A stretch of DNA of 64,000 nucleotides from Eledone cirrhosa. Taxonomy: Eukaryota. The notes under the pieces were generated by a model that was given only the letters and a program-made list of their open reading frames with translations, did no database searches and had not been told where the DNA came from. This document shows positions 59,002 to 64,000 of this stretch, piece after piece. The stretch lies in assembly GCA_964016885.1 (NCBI GenBank), contig OZ024742.1, positions 241,738,001-241,802,000 on the forward strand, in the 5' to 3' direction. The translations under genes and the position numbers were made by a program. Each line of letters opens with the position of its first letter. Positions within the stretch are counted from its first letter, which is position 1.

Positions 59002-61177
59002 GGAGTGTGCGAGTGTATGCGTGACTAAATGATAGGATGTGCGCGCGTGTTATGTTGGCAGTGATATTGAGTATTATGTATCGATACTATTCTGATAACG
59101 ACAGTATAGTCTAACCGGTATATTACTTCACCTGATGTTGATTATTTCATGTTGATCTGCAATTAAACAAAGACAAATGCACTAAATCTATGATGCAGAA
59201 TTCTTCATACAGCTAACCTTTACACCCTGTCTTCCACACTATTTTAAATTCATAGAAAACTAATTCCATATTTAGAATTATTATCTTAAAGGCACTATGT
59301 GTCTATTAGAAATAAGCACACCGTTTGATTATCCCAAAAGAACAATTTTCATCTGTTGAAGACAGCATTAATCGATTGGCTGTCAATCGCTGACATGTAT
59401 CGTTCACAATGACTTCTTCATAACCTGGTAGATAAAAACTATCTTTTATTCTACAGTGTATATCGGAAATTTGGAAATCAGATAGAGAATTAAGAAAATG
59501 AATATTCTAAGAATATGCCAGAAGCTAATCCAAAGACCTAGTCTTCGCTGACTGGACATTACTGGGAATATACATTTAAAAGTTAATATACACTGGTAGA
59601 ATATTAGTGTATACGTAGGTTCCTTCAATAGAAGTATTATATTAGCCATATACCCAACCAAGTCAAACTGATAATTAATTTTTTCTTATATTTTTTCTTT
59701 CAATTCAGCATATTTGGAGATTTTTTTTCTACTTTCCAGCGTCTATTATGAAACATTCTCTTTACAATATATTCCATTACGGTGTTCAATTATTCTATCG
59801 GTATGTGAAAGTCAAAGAGAATCTTAGAATGCTTGGTTTACCAGGTTCTGTTACACGTTTGAAGTATTATATCAAGGTTTATATTTTTACGACATTGATC
59901 TGTGCAACTTAATCAGTCCTTGTAACACGTGCATTCTATGCGAGTCAACAATTTACAACCCGCTTCAGTATCGGCAATATTTTTCACTCGTTCATTTCAT
60001 GCACAGCTTTTTTCTTTGAATCCATGGAAAATGTTTTGTTATTCACTGAATTAGTATTTATTATTTGATCATGGGCAGCAATCAACAACATTTCTTTTCT
60101 CTATTTAAATACCTACTTCGGAGCCACACACACGATGATTCTTGATTTTTCTCACCTAAGTAACGCGGTGGAACTGTCTATTTAACTATATTTTTTCCAG
60201 TACTTTATTTGTTTCACAAATTAACCAAACATTGGTATACATGCCAACAATATTCGGATTTGTTCGTAATCTTCGATCAGAATGCCCTCTTGAAGAGTTT
60301 GCTTCGAATGTTCTAGTCGACGGCCAGGTCGCTCCCAGGCCATCGTCATTTATACATTCAAATAACACTCTATAGAAAGCAAGCGTTGTTTTCTGGACAC
60401 CTAGAAGCAACACCCTAGAAGCCTGGTGCCCAGCTTTGGTCTTCTAATTCTACCCGAGCATCATTAGCGTTGCCATCTGGAAGTTACTATGGAATGATTT
60501 TTGGTAGCAAATAGATTTTCTGAATACCGCCTCCAATCTGCTGCTCTTCGCAAAAGGCTTGGCACAGCTGGAAAGCTGCGCATGTGTATTTAAGATCAGA
60601 TTGTAGGCACCCTCTGCGACCCGTCAGCGACCGAATTGTGGCCCGGGCCAATCGAACAACTTTTAGAGCTTAATATTTTAGTGCACCCGCCCTGGCCCAA
60701 ACAATACATCCATTGTGTTTCACGTCGAAGAAATGGTTGACGGCTGTTCTGTTCTCTAGCACGTCGTTTGCAATGACTCTTCTAAGCACTTCCTTGCCGA
60801 AACTAACCGCGACTGCTCAAATTTTCTTCTAACAGGAACAACAGCATCAGCAGCAACAACAACAACGACAACAACAACTAAAACCAAAACAACAACAACA
60901 ACAATAATAATAATAATAGTAATAATAATAATAACAACAATAATAATATTAATAAAAAATAATAAGGATTATTATCATTTTTTTTATTTGATTACGCAAT
61001 ATTTTGCCAGTTTCACTTCCTTTTATATTCATTATAATTAATAACATGACATGAATTAATTCTTAATTCACTGTCTTCAAGTTGAATGACACTAGTTTAA
61101 AAATTTAATTGTTCAATCCGATTGAGTTTACTTTCCACATATGTTTATTACAGAACAGCTGGACACTTATAAATACG

Positions 61178-61213
<36 letters not shown>

Positions 61214-61309
61214 TAGAATTGTATAATTGTATAAATGTATATACATATATTTATATTTATACATATATATATATATATACATATATATATATTCATATAT
61301 ATATATATG

Positions 61310-61392
<83 letters not shown>

Positions 61393-61422
61393 GTGTGCGT
61401 GTGTGTGTGTATCCTGGGTTCA

Positions 61423-61537
<115 letters not shown>

Positions 61538-62524
61538 AGTGTGAGTATGTGTGTGTGTGTGTTTACAAATATTGAGTGCACGTTCTGTCGTCTGTACATC
61601 CAAACACACATACAAATACTCACATACACATAGATAGACACCAATGATGTACATTTAGAATCAGTACAACAATTAAATATTGGTGTCTTTCTTATAAAGC
61701 ACAAAAGCCCTATATCTGGAAAAAATATGTATTGTAGCAATTATCTTTTTCACAAGGTCATTATAATTGTTTTAGTAATGTTGTTTTTAATTGTGTTCCT
61801 TCGTGGTACAACTGTACACAGCGCTGTGTATTTTGGGTATGTACAGATTTTTTTGTGTGTTTTCTATTGTATTAAAAGTACTTTACGTCAAGAAAGCTTT
61901 ATCTCCTTGTTGAAACAAACATGAACAACGCGCAACTACAGCCCACAAGGTCACATCAAAGGATCGACCTCACCTTCATCAAAGATCTTTCTTGGTTAAC
62001 ATATATTTTTATCTAGTTTCACTCTTGTGGGTAAGAACATGTCTCAGCCATCCTCCTTCCACGTCTATTAACTCGCGACAAAACTTAGCGGAAATCCATA
62101 ATGAAGTATAGCTCTGATATCTTATATGATGCTGTCACAATAACTTAGACCGTGCCCAACTTTAAGAAGATAATGACGAGATGAAACAGGCCATGAAATC
62201 AGTAATCAGAAATCTTAAATCTATGGCACACAGACATTCTGTTTTCTTACTCTCCGTTTTCAACGGCTATAATAATTGTTTCTATTATAAGCACAAGGCC
62301 AACAATTCTTTCTGAACCATCCGATTCAGAAATTGAACTTACAATCTAAAGATTGTGAGCCCAACATACTAACCCCTGTGCCTCACGGCTTTACACACGC
62401 CCCCCCCCCCCCCCACGCACACACACACAAACATATATATGCAGAAAGTAAACAGAAATAACAATGCAAATGACACAGAACAATGAAACTAGTTTAACGC
62501 TGGATATAGCAGGAAAAGTGTTTG

Positions 62525-62552
62525 AATGTTTCGGACACTAGTCCTTCATCAC
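62525..62552 (-). other. Degenerate minimal hammerhead motif
   Basis: GTGATGA-a-ggac tagt gtcc-GAAAC-ATT preceded by a pyrimidine-rich tract; no clear stem I. Confidence 0.4.
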
Positions 62553-63099
62553 GAGATAGAATGAGAAATGAAGGATGAAATAGAAAGATAAAAAGGGAAA
62601 GAAGAAGGAACGGAAACAAATTTATTTTTCTGATAAAAGAAAAGAAAACACGTATATATTCATTCAGTCAGACATTTATATACTCTTTTACCTGTTTCAG
62701 CCATCCGGCTGAGGCCATGCTGGGGCACCATATATTTTAATGGTGTTTTGAGGAAAGGCTTTTGAATTTTGTTATAATTAATCAAAAACCTTCCATTTTT
62801 AATTTTAAGTCCTATGTTTCTCAGGGGTTTTTTCGCTACCCACTACAATGCTCTTATTTTTGTTTGGTATCTAAAGGTTTTCTTGGAAATATGTCTTATA
62901 ATGTCTTTATGTAATTCGACTCTCAATCCGCCTTTTCATTTTTTAATCGTTGTTTATTTGTTAACTTTGAAGACGGATAACGGTTTCTTTTCCTTTGTTC
63001 ATGTTTTGTAGATATTTCTATCAGTTTTACTTTATGCTTTATTTGTTATCTTTGAAATCCTCAATAGATAATTTATGATAATGTTCTAGTTACAGAATA

Positions 63100-64000
63100 C
63101 ATTTAGCTCTGTGCATTCCTGGTAAATATAATATTCTTGTATCGGCATCTGGACGATGTGCTCTAAATCTTATCCTTGTTTTTCTTGTTTTACTATTTAG
63201 TCTTACTAATTCATTTTACTTCCAGTTAATGCATTAGTATAACGTATTATTGGAACAGCTACAATATTGATACGCAATAACTTAATTTTTCCTAGTTTTA
63301 ACTAATTATTTAATGTATTTATAATATTTTCCCTGATATTTTCTTTTACCTGTGTGAACTGTACTATCTAATTTGTTAATTTCTAAGTATTTGAAAACCT
63401 GTGTTTCGCGTAGCTCTCTTGTCTCTGATTCATTATCTAAGATAACATTAGTGGTTTTAATTAATTTTTCTCACTTTAAGGTCGCCTTGACAGATTTTTA
63501 TAAACAAATTTCATGCCAGTTTCCAACATAGATTCTGCGTGATGTATATAACAAATTTTATAGTTGTTGTTCTTCTAAAGCATACATTTTGAGATATTAA
63601 CACATCCAGGAGTTGGCTGGTGTCCCATATCGTTTGAAACCGTATCAAAAGGGTTTAGCATTTTGATTGAAGGTGTTTTCATCAGTCAGAACGTGATTCC
63701 TCTTCTAATAGTGATGGGTTTATTTTTCATAACATATATTTGAATTATTTTTCATTTATTCCTGACATGTTTACTGTAACCACTTGTGAATGGTGTCATC
63801 TTAATTATTGCTTATGTTTCAAGAATGCAACAGTGCAAACATAGTTAAATCCTTTCTGCTAATTACTCTATCCCTTGCTCAGATCATTATTTCTTCCCTT
63901 ACTGACTTCAGTATGACTTGTAATTTAATTACAAAGTAAAGTTTAATCCCACCAGAGCCTTTGCAGGTCAAATTTAGTTGGTGTTTCAACTTTGAATTTA
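63100..64000 (-). pseudogene. Very degenerate CR1-like RT remnant
   Basis: Only scattered motifs, e.g. PFDTVS (cf. KAFDTV). Confidence 0.3.

Noticed and set aside
59100-60800. Possible host exons or LINE RT
   Set aside because: Only weak scattered RT-like peptides (WRRYSENLF, GRQG) with stops; too degraded to call.

Overview
AT-rich eukaryotic DNA saturated with (TA)n, (CA)n, (TATG)n and (CT)n microsatellites and transposon debris. It is probably an octopod cephalopod; this is inferred from the tRNA-headed SINE and the repeat landscape, not from a database search. No host protein-coding gene can be supported, and nearly all ORF-track entries are translations of microsatellites. Recognisable coding relics are a Penelope-like (PLE) RT-thumb plus GIY-YIG endonuclease (53.9-54.7 kb), a GC-rich CRE-type zinc-knuckle/RLE 3' end (48.1-48.7 kb), RTE 3' ends, an R4/Dong-like RLE fragment and an internally deleted Tigger/pogo transposon with nested insertions. 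The main unannotated signal is a dense set of type I hammerhead ribozyme (HHR) motifs read by eye on both strands. About 15 have full topology and about 10 more are degenerate or half motifs, in at least 8 sequence families. Almost all lie in short islands embedded in (TA)n arrays. They include palindromic stem III forms, ~90-100-nt stem II insertions, a U3-A8 core variant and head-to-head palindromic pairs. One sits directly downstream of the GIY-YIG ORF, tying the motifs to PLE pseudo-LTRs or retrozyme-like elements. Ribozyme activity is not demonstrated. Coordinates were counted manually and may be off by a few bases.
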